64,000 nt of DNA from Minisyncoccota bacterium. Its GTDB lineage: Bacteria > Patescibacteriota > Minisyncoccia > Phycocordibacterales > UBA9973. Position numbers and translations under genes: made by a program. The stretch is taken from positions 875-64,874 of the forward strand of contig JAGOUR010000001.1 in NCBI GenBank assembly GCA_018061145.1, read 5' to 3'. Shown here one piece after another: positions 28,862 through 38,358 of the stretch. The stretch's first letter is position 1. Every line of letters begins with the position of its first letter. The notes beneath the pieces were generated by a model that did not search any database, was not told where the DNA came from, and saw nothing but the letters and a program-made list of their open reading frames with translations.

Positions 28862-28900
28862 TAAAAACCAGTCCTAAGCAAGGCTTAGGACTGGTTTTAA
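28862..28900 (-). terminator. Terminator after the DoxX gene
   Basis: aaaaccagtcctaagc-aa-ggcttaggactggtttt. Confidence 0.75.
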
Positions 28901-28915
28901 ACTGAAAAACTTAAA

Positions 28916-29278
28916 TTAAAGAAACATGAGAAGTGCGCCGATGAGGGCTACATTCTTCATAAATGCGATTTGATCATTCATCTTCGCTTGAGCATCCTTT
29001 TCTTCCCAGAAATTGTGCATCATGAATGTAGTAGGTACCATGAACAATGTCAAAATCAATGCTGAAGCATTAGTATAGGCAGGACTTACAGCGAGCAAAA
29101 TACCTGCACCTCCGACTACTAGCATCACACCAGTGATGAGAACTGCCAATTCTGGCATAGGCACCTTTTTAAACTTTGCATAACCTGCAAGACTCTTTTG
29201 ATTCCTAAAATGATTAATACCTGAATAAAGAAAATACGCTCCAAACAAAACACGTCCCAATATTGCTAATGCCATCAT
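28916..29278 (-). CDS. DoxX family membrane protein
   Basis: LGRVLFGAYFLYSGINHF DoxX signature; 3-4 TM helices. Confidence 0.7.
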   Translation of the reverse strand: MMALAILGRVLFGAYFLYSGINHFRNQKSLAGYAKFKKVPMPELAVLITGVMLVVGGAGILLAVSPAYTNASALILTLFMVPTTFMMHNFWEEKDAQAKMNDQIAFMKNVALIGALLMFL

Positions 29279-29380
29279 AATGATTTTGATTCTACGGAAT
29301 CACGTCGCGTGCGCGATGCTATCCGATTAACTGTTAATATGCATACAGTATACCATACAAATATTTGCATTCAACAAACA

Positions 29381-29410
29381 AAAAACCCCAGCAATACTGA
29401 GGTTTTTATA
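29381..29410 (-). terminator. Terminator after gatB
   Basis: Imperfect hairpin aaaaaccccag...ctgaggttttt with flanking A- and T-runs. Confidence 0.6.
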
Positions 29411-29426
29411 TTAAAACTATTTAGAT

Positions 29427-30839
29427 TTAAGCGAGGAGTTCCTTTAGAATCTTTTGCACTAGGGCTGGGTTGGCACTCCCCTTTGTCTCCTTCATGATTT
29501 GTCCTACTAGTGACATCAGTGCATTCTCCTTGCCACCTTTATAGGTTGCTACTACAGCAGGATTTGCATCGATGATCTTTTGTGCGATTTCTTTGAGTGC
29601 GCCTTCATCATTCTTCTGAATCAAATCTTTTTCTGTGGCGATCTTCATCGGACTCTCGTCTGCAATTACTATCATAGCTAGGATATCTTTTGCTGCACGT
29701 GATGATATTAGTCCATCAGTAGTCATACGGATCAATTCTGCAAAGTGCTCATTGTTCGGTAGATTTATTTCTGGATTAGATTTCTTCAGTCCTAGGTAGT
29801 CTGAGGTGATATAGTTCGATGCCGTCTTGATCTGCTCAGGGCCATTTAATTTTGCAGCCACACCCTCGAACCACTCTGCTAATTTTATATCACCCACATA
29901 GCTCTCAATATCTTCATCTTTAATACCATAATCCTTTTGGTATCTAGCACGCTTTGCACTCGGTAGTTCGGGTAGATCAGCGCGAAGTTCCTCCATGTTG
30001 AACATTTTACTCAAATAGAATTTTGGGATATCTGGATCTGGGAAATATCTATAGTCATCTGCTGTCTCCTTGCGACGCTGAGAGAAAGTCTTTTGCTTTG
30101 CATCGTCCCATCCACGAGTCTCCTTTACTATCTCATCAATCTTATCCTCCTCTATTAGATCTATCATGCGCTTTTGTTCGTATATAGCAGCACGCTCAGC
30201 TGATTTGAATGAAGCAATATTTTTCACCTCTACTGGTATACCGAATTTATCGGGATCAGTAGATACAGAGATATTCACCTCGACACGCATCTGACCTTTT
30301 TCCATATTGGCATCTGATACGCCCAGGTATCGTAGTAGCATCTGTAGCTCCTTTGCAAAATTTCCGATCTGCTCGATATCATGAATCACAGGCTCGGTCA
30401 CTAGCTCCATCAATGGCACTCCAGCACGATTGAAATCTACGAGGGATCCATCTGCACTGTGGGATGAAGTCGCTGTATCTTCCTCGAGGTGCACACGAGT
30501 GATATCCACCCCTGCCAATTTACCACCTTTGACTATTGGGTATTTGTATTGTGAAATCTGATATGCTTTTGGAATATCTGGATAAAAGTAATTTTTACGG
30601 TCAAATTCAGTGAAATCGGAAACTTCCCCATCTATAGCCATTCCTACGCGTACGACGCTCTCTATGGCCTTTTTATTGCATACTGGGAGTGTTCCTGGGT
30701 GGGCCATACATACTGGGCAGACGTTGTAATTTGGGTGATTCTCCTCGGGGTCGTTCTTGCACCCGCAAAACATTTTGGATACTGTATTCAGCTCCGCGTG
30801 TATTTCAAGACCTATTGTTGTGTAGTATTTTTTTTCCAT
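29427..30839 (-). CDS. gatB: Asp-tRNA(Asn)/Glu-tRNA(Gln) amidotransferase subunit B
   Basis: MEKKYYTTIGLEIHAELNT N-terminus and a GatB/YqeY tail. Confidence 0.9.
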   Translation of the reverse strand: MEKKYYTTIGLEIHAELNTVSKMFCGCKNDPEENHPNYNVCPVCMAHPGTLPVCNKKAIESVVRVGMAIDGEVSDFTEFDRKNYFYPDIPKAYQISQYKYPIVKGGKLAGVDITRVHLEEDTATSSHSADGSLVDFNRAGVPLMELVTEPVIHDIEQIGNFAKELQMLLRYLGVSDANMEKGQMRVEVNISVSTDPDKFGIPVEVKNIASFKSAERAAIYEQKRMIDLIEEDKIDEIVKETRGWDDAKQKTFSQRRKETADDYRYFPDPDIPKFYLSKMFNMEELRADLPELPSAKRARYQKDYGIKDEDIESYVGDIKLAEWFEGVAAKLNGPEQIKTASNYITSDYLGLKKSNPEINLPNNEHFAELIRMTTDGLISSRAAKDILAMIVIADESPMKIATEKDLIQKNDEGALKEIAQKIIDANPAVVATYKGGKENALMSLVGQIMKETKGSANPALVQKILKELLA

Positions 30840-30851
30840 ATTTTTGTTTAT

Positions 30852-31754
30852 TTATCTTACCATATTTGAGGCAAATTCATTAAATTTTTCAATATCAGCT
30901 TTTGACCCGAGAATATGAATTTGGGAGGGGCTAAAAACTACAATATTCTTTTCATCACTATCTTCTTGAATTCCACCATCTATTGTATCGTCATCAAATT
31001 TTTTTAAATACGCAGCTTCTGAGAGAATACTATCCATACTATCTCTAGTACCATTTTCAACGTGAGGATTTTTGATATCTAACAAAGCATATATAATTCT
31101 CCCGTCTGGCAATATTTTATAATGATTATAATCTGGAATTAAATAATAAGGTAGAAACATTTTTCCAAACTGGAACCCAAGACCTTCTTTATTCTTAAAA
31201 TACTTAATTTTTTCATAATTTAGAACTGCATTTAACTCATTCCCCGAATTTACTTCTTTGACAATGTACAAAAATTCGGCATTAATTTTATCCCACATTT
31301 CTATTGTGTCTTTGTTAAATTTTTCAAAATCTCCTGCAGGCTTTTGTCTATTGTGATACCAGTCAAGATTGTCTGACTCGTATGAATCAAAAATCGCATA
31401 CAAAACTTTTTTATATTTAGTGGCAAAACCTTCAGCTAATTTTTTATTATCTGTAAAATAGTAGTCATCAATACCCTTTATACTAGAAAGTTCATCTAGG
31501 CCCACTTTCTTTTTAAACTCATCAAAATCTCTATTTGTACCATGATAAACAATATCTTTAATTTTACTATCAGGAAAAATAGTTTTTAGATATTCAATAT
31601 ATTGCTGCTCAGTTCCAATTCTTGCAAGTTCAGGATTTAATTTAAAAACTTCTTGTATGTTCTTTTCTTGTTCAGAAATTTGTAAATTCTCAACAATTTG
31701 ATCTTTTTTAGATTCTACGGGTTCTAGTTTTTGATTAAAGGGATTATGTTCCAT
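30852..31754 (-). CDS. Hypothetical protein with a weak ADP-ribosyltransferase-like H-G-T / Y-Y signature
   Basis: IVYHGTNRDFDEF followed by DDYYFTDN. No other support, so treated as hypothetical. Confidence 0.3.
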   Translation of the reverse strand: MEHNPFNQKLEPVESKKDQIVENLQISEQEKNIQEVFKLNPELARIGTEQQYIEYLKTIFPDSKIKDIVYHGTNRDFDEFKKKVGLDELSSIKGIDDYYFTDNKKLAEGFATKYKKVLYAIFDSYESDNLDWYHNRQKPAGDFEKFNKDTIEMWDKINAEFLYIVKEVNSGNELNAVLNYEKIKYFKNKEGLGFQFGKMFLPYYLIPDYNHYKILPDGRIIYALLDIKNPHVENGTRDSMDSILSEAAYLKKFDDDTIDGGIQEDSDEKNIVVFSPSQIHILGSKADIEKFNEFASNMVR

Positions 31755-31792
31755 TTGAGTATTTTACCAAAAAATATGAGGTTTAATAAGGG

Positions 31793-31820
31793 TTGACATT
31801 ATACAAATAAGTGATATAAT
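31793..31820 (+). promoter_or_regulatory. Near-consensus sigma-70 promoter for the 31845 gene
   Basis: TTGACA(31793-31798)-16 nt-TGaTATAAT(31812-31820); an A/C-rich leader with no Shine-Dalgarno sequence. Confidence 0.55.
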
Positions 31821-31844
31821 ACAAACAAACCAAAAACAAATAGT

Positions 31845-32144
31845 ATGAAAAAGTTTATTAGATTCCAATTCACTATCAATGACAAGAATTATTTTTTCTT
31901 AAAAGAAAGCCTCGTAGAATTACCACTTGGAACACAGTATTCCCCTAACGGACAAGAGCTCTATTTTGGAGTAGTAACAAAATTCAAATTCAACGAAAAA
32001 GATAACATCTTTTTAACTTGTATTTTGAACGATCACAATTACAACAAAAAAAGAGATGAAGTCCCTGTAGAGTTCATTATTGAAATGATGAAAAATGCAG
32101 GCTGGGAATTGTTGCCTGAAGAACCAGATGGATTGGATGTTTAA
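31845..32144 (+). CDS. Hypothetical small protein
   Basis: 99-aa intact ORF downstream of a strong promoter, followed by a terminator. Confidence 0.35.
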   Translation: MKKFIRFQFTINDKNYFFLKESLVELPLGTQYSPNGQELYFGVVTKFKFNEKDNIFLTCILNDHNYNKKRDEVPVEFIIEMMKNAGWELLPEEPDGLDV

Positions 32145-32149
32145 AATTT

Positions 32150-32186
32150 TAAACCCACAGACGACCCGCTCGTTTGTGGGTTTTCT
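32150..32186 (+). terminator. Rho-independent terminator
   Basis: cccacagacga-cccgc-tcgtttgtggg plus T-run. Confidence 0.75.
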
Positions 32187-32237
32187 GTATTTTATTGGTA
32201 TACATATAAATATTTGCTAGAATATACGTATACCTTT

Positions 32238-32720
32238 ATGAACAAGAAAAGAACTTGGTCTGAAACACAACTTAAAGATGCAGTTAAATCTTCTAAGAGT
32301 TACAGAAATGTGATTAGTCTTTTGGGGTTAAGGCCTACTGGTGGAAATTATGATCAAGTAAAGAAATATATTAATCAATATGGTTTTTCAACTAAACATT
32401 TTACTGGGAAAGTCTGGAATAAAGGATTAAAATTCCCCGATCGGAATTATATAGAATTAAAAGACATTCTTGTTCTAAATAGCACCTACCAAAGTCATAA
32501 GTTGAAAAAAAGACTGTTTTCGGTTAAACTAAAAGAACCTAAATGTGAAGAATGCGGCTGGGCCAGAATATCTCCAGATGGTAGACTTCCTTTGGAATTA
32601 GACCATATTAATGGAAATAGGCATGATAACAGGATAGATAATTTAAGAATTTTATGTCCGAACTGTCACAGCATGCAATCAACACATAGAGGTAAAAACA
32701 GAAAAGCCCGAGTGGTGTAA
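32238..32720 (+). CDS. HNH endonuclease (homing-endonuclease-like)
   Basis: C-terminal HINGNRHDNRIDNLRILCPNCHSMQ HNH motif. The 3' end overlaps the tRNA-Leu by 15 nt. Confidence 0.7.
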   Translation: MNKKRTWSETQLKDAVKSSKSYRNVISLLGLRPTGGNYDQVKKYINQYGFSTKHFTGKVWNKGLKFPDRNYIELKDILVLNSTYQSHKLKKRLFSVKLKEPKCEECGWARISPDGRLPLELDHINGNRHDNRIDNLRILCPNCHSMQSTHRGKNRKARVV

Positions 32721-32789
32721 TTGGTAGCCACGAGAGACTTAAAATTTCTTGTCATTTATGACGTGCGGGTTCGACCCCCGCCTCGGGCA
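32706..32789 (+). tRNA. tRNA-Leu (anticodon TAA)
   Basis: Manual fold: 7-bp acceptor GCCCGAG/CTCGGGC. U8. D-loop AATTGGTAG. Anticodon stem AGAGA/TTTCT with loop CT-TAA-AA. Long variable arm GTCAT-TTAT-ATGAC. T-arm GCGGG-TTCGACC-CCCGC. Discriminator A. Confidence 0.8.
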
Positions 32790-32794
32790 CAAAT

Positions 32795-32823
32795 AAAAAT
32801 AACCTCTTTTGAGGTTATTTTAA
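32795..32823 (+). terminator. Terminator after tRNA-Leu
   Basis: aaataacctc-tttt-gaggttattt plus T-run. Confidence 0.7.
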
Positions 32824-32859
32824 TTTGTGATTTGAAAAAGTAATTGTTTTACTTTTTCA

Positions 32860-32946
32860 AAGGGTCGAAAGACGGAGGCTGACGAGCCGAGTCGGGGTCG
32901 CGAGATTTTTCAGCAGAAAAATACTTGTGACCGGTACCCCGCCTCC
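32860..32946 (-). other. GC-rich complex hairpin region, probably the terminator of the 32947 gene; carries a tRNA-3'-end-like 10-mer
   Basis: ggaggc...gcctcc outer stem. ACCCCGCCTC repeats the 3' part of tRNA-Leu (32775-32783). Confidence 0.25.
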
Positions 32947-33252
32947 TTAATTCGAAGTTTTGCTGATATTTAAATTAGTTTTTAGGTCTTCGGGGATTTC
33001 ACCTTTATTTAATTTATCAATTGTATTCTGATTTATACCCAGGCTATCTACCTGCGTTTTCAGATTATTCACTGTGGGGTCAATGACTAGAGTTTTAAAA
33101 ACCATAGCAGGGATAGATTTCAAATATGCCATATTTTCTTTAAACTGAGGAGATTCGAAAATACTTTTTAGATTATACTGAGTAACCAAAATCAAACCAA
33201 TTATTACGATTAAGATAAATAAAGCACTTCCCTTTTGACGATTTTTATTCAT
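32947..33252 (-). CDS. Small membrane protein
   Basis: N-terminal TM (ALFILIVIIGLILV). Confidence 0.35.
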   Translation of the reverse strand: MNKNRQKGSALFILIVIIGLILVTQYNLKSIFESPQFKENMAYLKSIPAMVFKTLVIDPTVNNLKTQVDSLGINQNTIDKLNKGEIPEDLKTNLNISKTSN

Positions 33253-33273
33253 AAATAAATAATACCATTATGA

Positions 33274-34578
33274 TTATTTTTTGACCATTGTTGATGTGAC
33301 TCTTGGTAGGTATAGCATCGGATCTAGATATGCACTAGTAGGTGCGATAGGCATGATAAATGTCTTGCCAGCACAAGATATACTAGGCACAGTATCTACT
33401 CGGGCACCCTGAGATGCATATACAGTCACATGCAGATGTGGACCTGTAGAGTGACCAGTATTGCCGCTGTATCCTACAACATCACCAGTTTTTACCTCAT
33501 CCCCAGCTTTTGCTGTATAAGACGAAAGGTGTCCGTATGTAGTGGACAGACCATTGTCATACTTTATAAATACCCACTTTCCAAAAGAAGCCTTTTTGCA
33601 ATAAAGATCAGTATCTCCCACGCCCATCACCGTACCATTTGCCATAGATTTTACAGGTGTACCGATAGGAGCACGGAAGTCCACGCCAGAGTGAGATCCA
33701 GATGCATACAGGCGCCCAGAGGCAGAAGTCTTGCCGAATAATTGAGTGATGAATACTTTATCCAATGGCCATGCAAATACCTCGGAACCAGCAGATGGTA
33801 TCAATTTAGGATTTAGCAAGAATTTTAGTTTTGATTCATAATCTCTTATATCTTTTTCAAATTGATCACGGATCTTGATTTGCTCGGCTAGCATCTTTTT
33901 ATACTCAGCTTCCTTGTTCTTTGTCTCCTGTAAAAGATTATCTTTTTCTGATTTTGTTATCTCAATTGTTTTTTGTTTTTGAACTAGCGTATTCTTTAGA
34001 GTTTTTAGATTTTTCTCCTCTAATTCTTTTTTGGTCTTAGATACTAGGAGCTGATCCTTGTCATCAGACAATTCTTCGATGGATTTATCGAGCTTTGCAC
34101 TGACAGACATCACAGAATTGTAATTAAAAGAAGCATCACTGAGATCTTCAGACGATAATACTCTCTCCAGCTGTGTAATATTTTCATTTTGATACTGCTC
34201 GTATAGTAATTTTGCTATTACCCTACGGCTGATATCGATGTCGCTCTGAGTCTCTTTTATCTCAGTATTCAGAGATCCTATGACTAGGCCAGTCTTTTTG
34301 ATTTGTTTTTCAATCTTTTGTTTTTCTGCGAGTAATTTGGATCTAGTCAGAGTTAATTCTTTTATTATACTCGCTAAAGTTGTTTTTTCTGAAGAAGTCA
34401 CGTCTATCATACCTTGGTACCTGGCAATCTCTCGGTCTATCTTGGCAATTTCAGCACTCGCACTATCTATGCGCTCCCTCATCTGCTCTGCAGTCTCTGC
34501 ATTCACATCAAAAGAAAAGAAAGACATATAAATGCCTATGGTTAAAAAAACAAATAGAGGTAAAAATTTAATTTTCAC
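33274..34578 (-). CDS. M23 family metallopeptidase with N-terminal coiled coil (EnvC-like)
   Basis: Signal/TM, long coiled coil, C-terminal HSGVDFRAP...GHLSS...GNTGHSTGPHLHV M23 motifs. Confidence 0.8.
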   Translation of the reverse strand: MKIKFLPLFVFLTIGIYMSFFSFDVNAETAEQMRERIDSASAEIAKIDREIARYQGMIDVTSSEKTTLASIIKELTLTRSKLLAEKQKIEKQIKKTGLVIGSLNTEIKETQSDIDISRRVIAKLLYEQYQNENITQLERVLSSEDLSDASFNYNSVMSVSAKLDKSIEELSDDKDQLLVSKTKKELEEKNLKTLKNTLVQKQKTIEITKSEKDNLLQETKNKEAEYKKMLAEQIKIRDQFEKDIRDYESKLKFLLNPKLIPSAGSEVFAWPLDKVFITQLFGKTSASGRLYASGSHSGVDFRAPIGTPVKSMANGTVMGVGDTDLYCKKASFGKWVFIKYDNGLSTTYGHLSSYTAKAGDEVKTGDVVGYSGNTGHSTGPHLHVTVYASQGARVDTVPSISCAGKTFIMPIAPTSAYLDPMLYLPRVTSTMVKK

Positions 34579-34593
34579 CTCTACAGTATACTA

Positions 34594-36081
34594 CTATTTT
34601 GTTAAAATTTGAATTGCCGTTTTCAATCTCTCTATTGTTTCCTTTTTACCGAGTATCCCCATTAATACAAATGGATCCGGTGATTTATCTCTACCTGATA
34701 GAGCGTATCGTATAGGCCAGAGAATATCCCCACGTCCCACTTCTTCTGCATGTGGCCAAATAGATTCCTTTATAAAATCTTTATTGAAGTTTTCCTCTAT
34801 AATTCCATCGATTATAGATATAGACTTTTCCAAATAAGAAGCCAGAGTCTCGTATTTGTTCTCTTGAGGTATTTTTGAAGACTTGAAAAATAACACATCT
34901 TTTTCGTATACGGGTTTTCCGAAAAAATATAACAGATCTCCAGCCTCTGCCATCTCTATAATATCAGTACCTTTTGATATTCTCTCCATTACAACAGGAG
35001 TGATGTTGTGAACTATTTCATTTGAAAATCCAGGTAGATTTTTAATAGACTCTGGTATGAATTTCAAAATATATTCTTCTTGATCTTCATAAGAAAGTTT
35101 TTTTAAGTGTTCACGATTTATCCAATCAAGCTTTTCTTCATTAAAATGTCCTCCACCGTGTTGAACTTTATTCAAATCAAAAAGTTGAATAAATTCCTCG
35201 GGAGAAATTATTTCTTTTTCATCCCCCGGATTCCATCCGATAAATACAAGAAAATTGAGCATTGCTTCAGGCAAATACCCTTCTTTTTTATATTCAAGAA
35301 TATCTTTAGCACCATCACGTTTACCCAATTTTTTCTTACCATCAGGGCTCATTATAGGAGGTAAGGTTGCAAGATGTGGACGTTCTATTCCTAGAGCTTC
35401 ATATAATGCAAGGAATTTTGGAGTTGACGAGATGAATTCATCAGCACGCATAATATGAGTAACTCCCATTTCAAAGTCATCAATAATGTGTGCAAAGTTA
35501 TAAGTAGGATACCCATCACTCTTAATCAAAATAAAATCATCAAGAGCTTCCGCTCCAGCTTTTAAATTACCTCTTATTTCATCGTGCCATTCATAGGATT
35601 TTATATCTGTAATCTTTAATCGAAGTGGCTGTGAACCATCCCAAGCTGGGGGATTTTCTGGGCGATAATCTCGATAAAGAAAAGGTCTTTTCATCTCTTC
35701 AGATTTTTTCCGGAAAGCATCAATCTCTATTTCTGTATATGGATCTGCATATGCTAATCCTTTTTCAACTAAAGTTTGTGCATATTTTTGATATGAATCT
35801 AGGCGTTGTGATTGTAGATATGGTGCATGTGGTCCACCAATATCAGGACCCTCATCCCAAGTGATACCTAGCCAATTTAATGATTGTATAATGTGCTCTA
35901 TAGAACCCTCTACCTCTCTTTCTTTGTCTGTATCCTCTATTCGAAAAATGAAAGTTCCATTGTTTTGCCTAGCAAATGCCCATGCGTATAGTGCAGTACG
36001 TACACCTCCAATATGCATAAAACCTGTAGGTGAAGGAGCAAAACGTGTAACTATTTTTTTATTATCTGTATTTGTATTCAT
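34594..36081 (-). CDS. gltX: Glutamate--tRNA ligase
   Basis: RFAPSPTGFMHIGGVRTALY (HIGH) and KLGKRDG (KMSKS-like). Confidence 0.9.
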   Translation of the reverse strand: MNTNTDNKKIVTRFAPSPTGFMHIGGVRTALYAWAFARQNNGTFIFRIEDTDKEREVEGSIEHIIQSLNWLGITWDEGPDIGGPHAPYLQSQRLDSYQKYAQTLVEKGLAYADPYTEIEIDAFRKKSEEMKRPFLYRDYRPENPPAWDGSQPLRLKITDIKSYEWHDEIRGNLKAGAEALDDFILIKSDGYPTYNFAHIIDDFEMGVTHIMRADEFISSTPKFLALYEALGIERPHLATLPPIMSPDGKKKLGKRDGAKDILEYKKEGYLPEAMLNFLVFIGWNPGDEKEIISPEEFIQLFDLNKVQHGGGHFNEEKLDWINREHLKKLSYEDQEEYILKFIPESIKNLPGFSNEIVHNITPVVMERISKGTDIIEMAEAGDLLYFFGKPVYEKDVLFFKSSKIPQENKYETLASYLEKSISIIDGIIEENFNKDFIKESIWPHAEEVGRGDILWPIRYALSGRDKSPDPFVLMGILGKKETIERLKTAIQILTK

Positions 36082-36090
36082 ATATTTTAA

Positions 36091-37218
36091 TTAAGCTTCA
36101 TGAGCAAGGGCCATATCTATCGCCTCTTGGGCTATCTTTGTAGCTGCGTCTGGAGTAGAGAAAGCTTTTGCTTTTTCTTTCATCTGATTCAACCTATCTG
36201 TATTATTCATGAGCTTGTCGATCTCGGCTACGAGTACATGTGGTGTTAGATTTGCTTCTTCTAGTACATCACAAGCTCCAGCTCGAGCATAAGAGAATGC
36301 ATTCTTCCTCTGGTGATCACCATTTGAATTTGTGATCGGTATGATGATAGATGGCACACCCCAAGCTGCAATCTCGAATATCGTAGACCCTGCACGAGAG
36401 ATGACTAGTGTCGCTGCGCCTGCAGCCATCTTTGTAGTTAGATTGTTCAGATATGGATACACTATGTAGCGAGCTTTATATGGATTCTTTTCTAGCATCA
36501 AATCAGAGCGCAATTTTACTTCTTCAAAATTCTTTGGACCAGCCTGATGTATAATCTGATACTTTGATATCAGATCTGGCAATGCCTCGATCAATGTACT
36601 GTTTATGATTTCTGCACCCTGTGACCCGCCTACTACAAATATAGTCTGCACATCACGACTGAGTTTAAAGAATTCAAACATGCCAGTAGTCGCAGCAGCA
36701 GATACTTCGCGTCGGACAGGCTGACCCACCCATGCAGTTTTATCTTTGGGGAATTGCTCACCTGCCTCTGGATATGACACAGCGATACGCTTTGCGAATT
36801 TTGAAGCCCAAAGATTCAATCGTCCAGCGCTAGAATCTGATTCATGTACGATCACGGGTATGCGCAAAATCTTTGCTGCAAATACAGCTGGGAATGAAGC
36901 ATATCCACCCTTTGATATAACTACATCAGGATATATAGAGAAGAGTCTAATCAAGCCATAGAATAGACCAGTAGCAGTTTTGAATAAATCCAAGAAATTC
37001 AAGATAGATGAGTATGTGCGCATCTTGCCTGCAGGCACTCCTACAAATTCGATATTATTCTCAAAAAGCATCCTTTTATCATAAGGTGCATCGGACATAT
37101 AGTATAGCTTTACGTCTAGTATTTTCTCTTTATCTACAAGTTTATTTATCTCTTCGGCGATAGCGATGAGCGGATAAAAATGACCACCTGTACCACCCCC
37201 TGTCAACAATATTTTCAT
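36091..37218 (-). CDS. murG: Undecaprenyldiphospho-muramoylpentapeptide beta-N-acetylglucosaminyltransferase MurG
   Basis: MKILLTGGGTGGHFYPLIAIAEE N-terminus. Confidence 0.9.
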   Translation of the reverse strand: MKILLTGGGTGGHFYPLIAIAEEINKLVDKEKILDVKLYYMSDAPYDKRMLFENNIEFVGVPAGKMRTYSSILNFLDLFKTATGLFYGLIRLFSIYPDVVISKGGYASFPAVFAAKILRIPVIVHESDSSAGRLNLWASKFAKRIAVSYPEAGEQFPKDKTAWVGQPVRREVSAAATTGMFEFFKLSRDVQTIFVVGGSQGAEIINSTLIEALPDLISKYQIIHQAGPKNFEEVKLRSDLMLEKNPYKARYIVYPYLNNLTTKMAAGAATLVISRAGSTIFEIAAWGVPSIIIPITNSNGDHQRKNAFSYARAGACDVLEEANLTPHVLVAEIDKLMNNTDRLNQMKEKAKAFSTPDAATKIAQEAIDMALAHEA

Positions 37219-37254
37219 AGTATTAGTATAGCTTATTTTGTTAATTTTTTAAAA

Positions 37255-38358
37255 TTAGGCAGTTTTCTTTTGTTCTCGTGAGATATTCAAGATTATTCCG
37301 ATGATACCGATAGCTAGGAGTAGGTTCGTACCACCATGAGATACGAAAACAAGTGGAACTCCCGTGAGTGGGAATACTCCGATGATCGATGCGATATTCA
37401 TAAATGATTGAGCAGTGAATAGAGTGATGATACCGATAGTAAATATTTTACTAAAAGAGTCTGGCGAATAGTATGCGATTTTATATCCACGCAAAGCAAA
37501 AGCTACAAAAAGGAATATGAGTAAAGTAGAACCGATGAACCCTACTTCTTCACCTATGACTGCAAATATAGAGTCCCCTTGTGGTTCAGGCAAGTAATTG
37601 AATTTCTGTATACTCTGACCCAGGCCTCTACCAGCCACACCACCCGATCCCAGGGCGATCAGAGATTGCTGGAGCTGATACGAAGATCCGGATGGATCAT
37701 ACGATGGGTCCATAAAAGTTTTTACTCGCTCGAGAAGATATGGCTTTGTCATGACTAGTCCACCAAAAGCGAGCATCGCCACCATAACCATCATCAATAT
37801 ATATTTCCACGGCATACCAGACACGAATAGCATAACCAATGCAGTCGCAGACATGAGAATCAGACTCTTTGTATCAGGCTGATTTATCAAGATAGTAGCG
37901 ATCAGTCCGAGTAGTACCACTAGTGGTAGTACGCTCCACCTCCAATCAGAAACCTTTGTCTTCACCCATGATAGCCAGGCAGAAAAATAAATAACAAAAG
38001 CAATCTTAAGAAATTCCACAGGCTGAAAAGACAATCCGAATACATTGATCCAGCGTCTAGCACCTCCATGAGAGAATCCCACATGTGGCACAAAGACCAG
38101 ACAAGTCAGCACGATAGCCCCGATAAATATATATAGTGAGTATGCCCTCCAGAATTTATACGGAATCTTCATAGTAAAAAACATAGCCACCAATCCACCA
38201 AGTAGTCCAAAGACAAATTGATTGAACATGACTCCGTAGAATTTCGCTTCATTCTTGGCAAGTATCCCCAGAGATGAAGATGTAAACATAACAGCCCCCA
38301 CCACTATGAGGGCTACAACTATACCAAAAAATACTTTGTCGATGTGTTTTGTTTTCAT
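37255..38358 (-). CDS. ftsW: Cell division protein FtsW (SEDS family)
   Basis: 10-TM FtsW/RodA/SpoVE pattern; sits between mraY and murG. Confidence 0.8.
   Translation of the reverse strand: MKTKHIDKVFFGIVVALIVVGAVMFTSSSLGILAKNEAKFYGVMFNQFVFGLLGGLVAMFFTMKIPYKFWRAYSLYIFIGAIVLTCLVFVPHVGFSHGGARRWINVFGLSFQPVEFLKIAFVIYFSAWLSWVKTKVSDWRWSVLPLVVLLGLIATILINQPDTKSLILMSATALVMLFVSGMPWKYILMMVMVAMLAFGGLVMTKPYLLERVKTFMDPSYDPSGSSYQLQQSLIALGSGGVAGRGLGQSIQKFNYLPEPQGDSIFAVIGEEVGFIGSTLLIFLFVAFALRGYKIAYYSPDSFSKIFTIGIITLFTAQSFMNIASIIGVFPLTGVPLVFVSHGGTNLLLAIGIIGIILNISREQKKTA

Noticed and set aside
29290-29330. TTCTACGGAATCACG, resembling the MITE-like element terminus TTCTAACGGGATTCAT, upstream of the DoxX gene.
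   Set aside because: It has too many mismatches. There is no partner inverted repeat within 150 bp and no ATGAA duplication pattern, so it may be chance or a highly decayed solo end.
32860-32946. GC-rich hairpin block tested as a possible tmRNA, SRP RNA, RNase P fragment or pseudo-tRNA.
   Set aside because: It has no GGTTCGA T-loop, no SRP domain-IV GGAAGCAGC-like motif, and no tmRNA GGGG...UUCGACGGG 5' end or CCACCA-ready 3' stem. The most parsimonious reading is a complex terminator of the convergent minus-strand gene. It is kept only as a low-confidence note.
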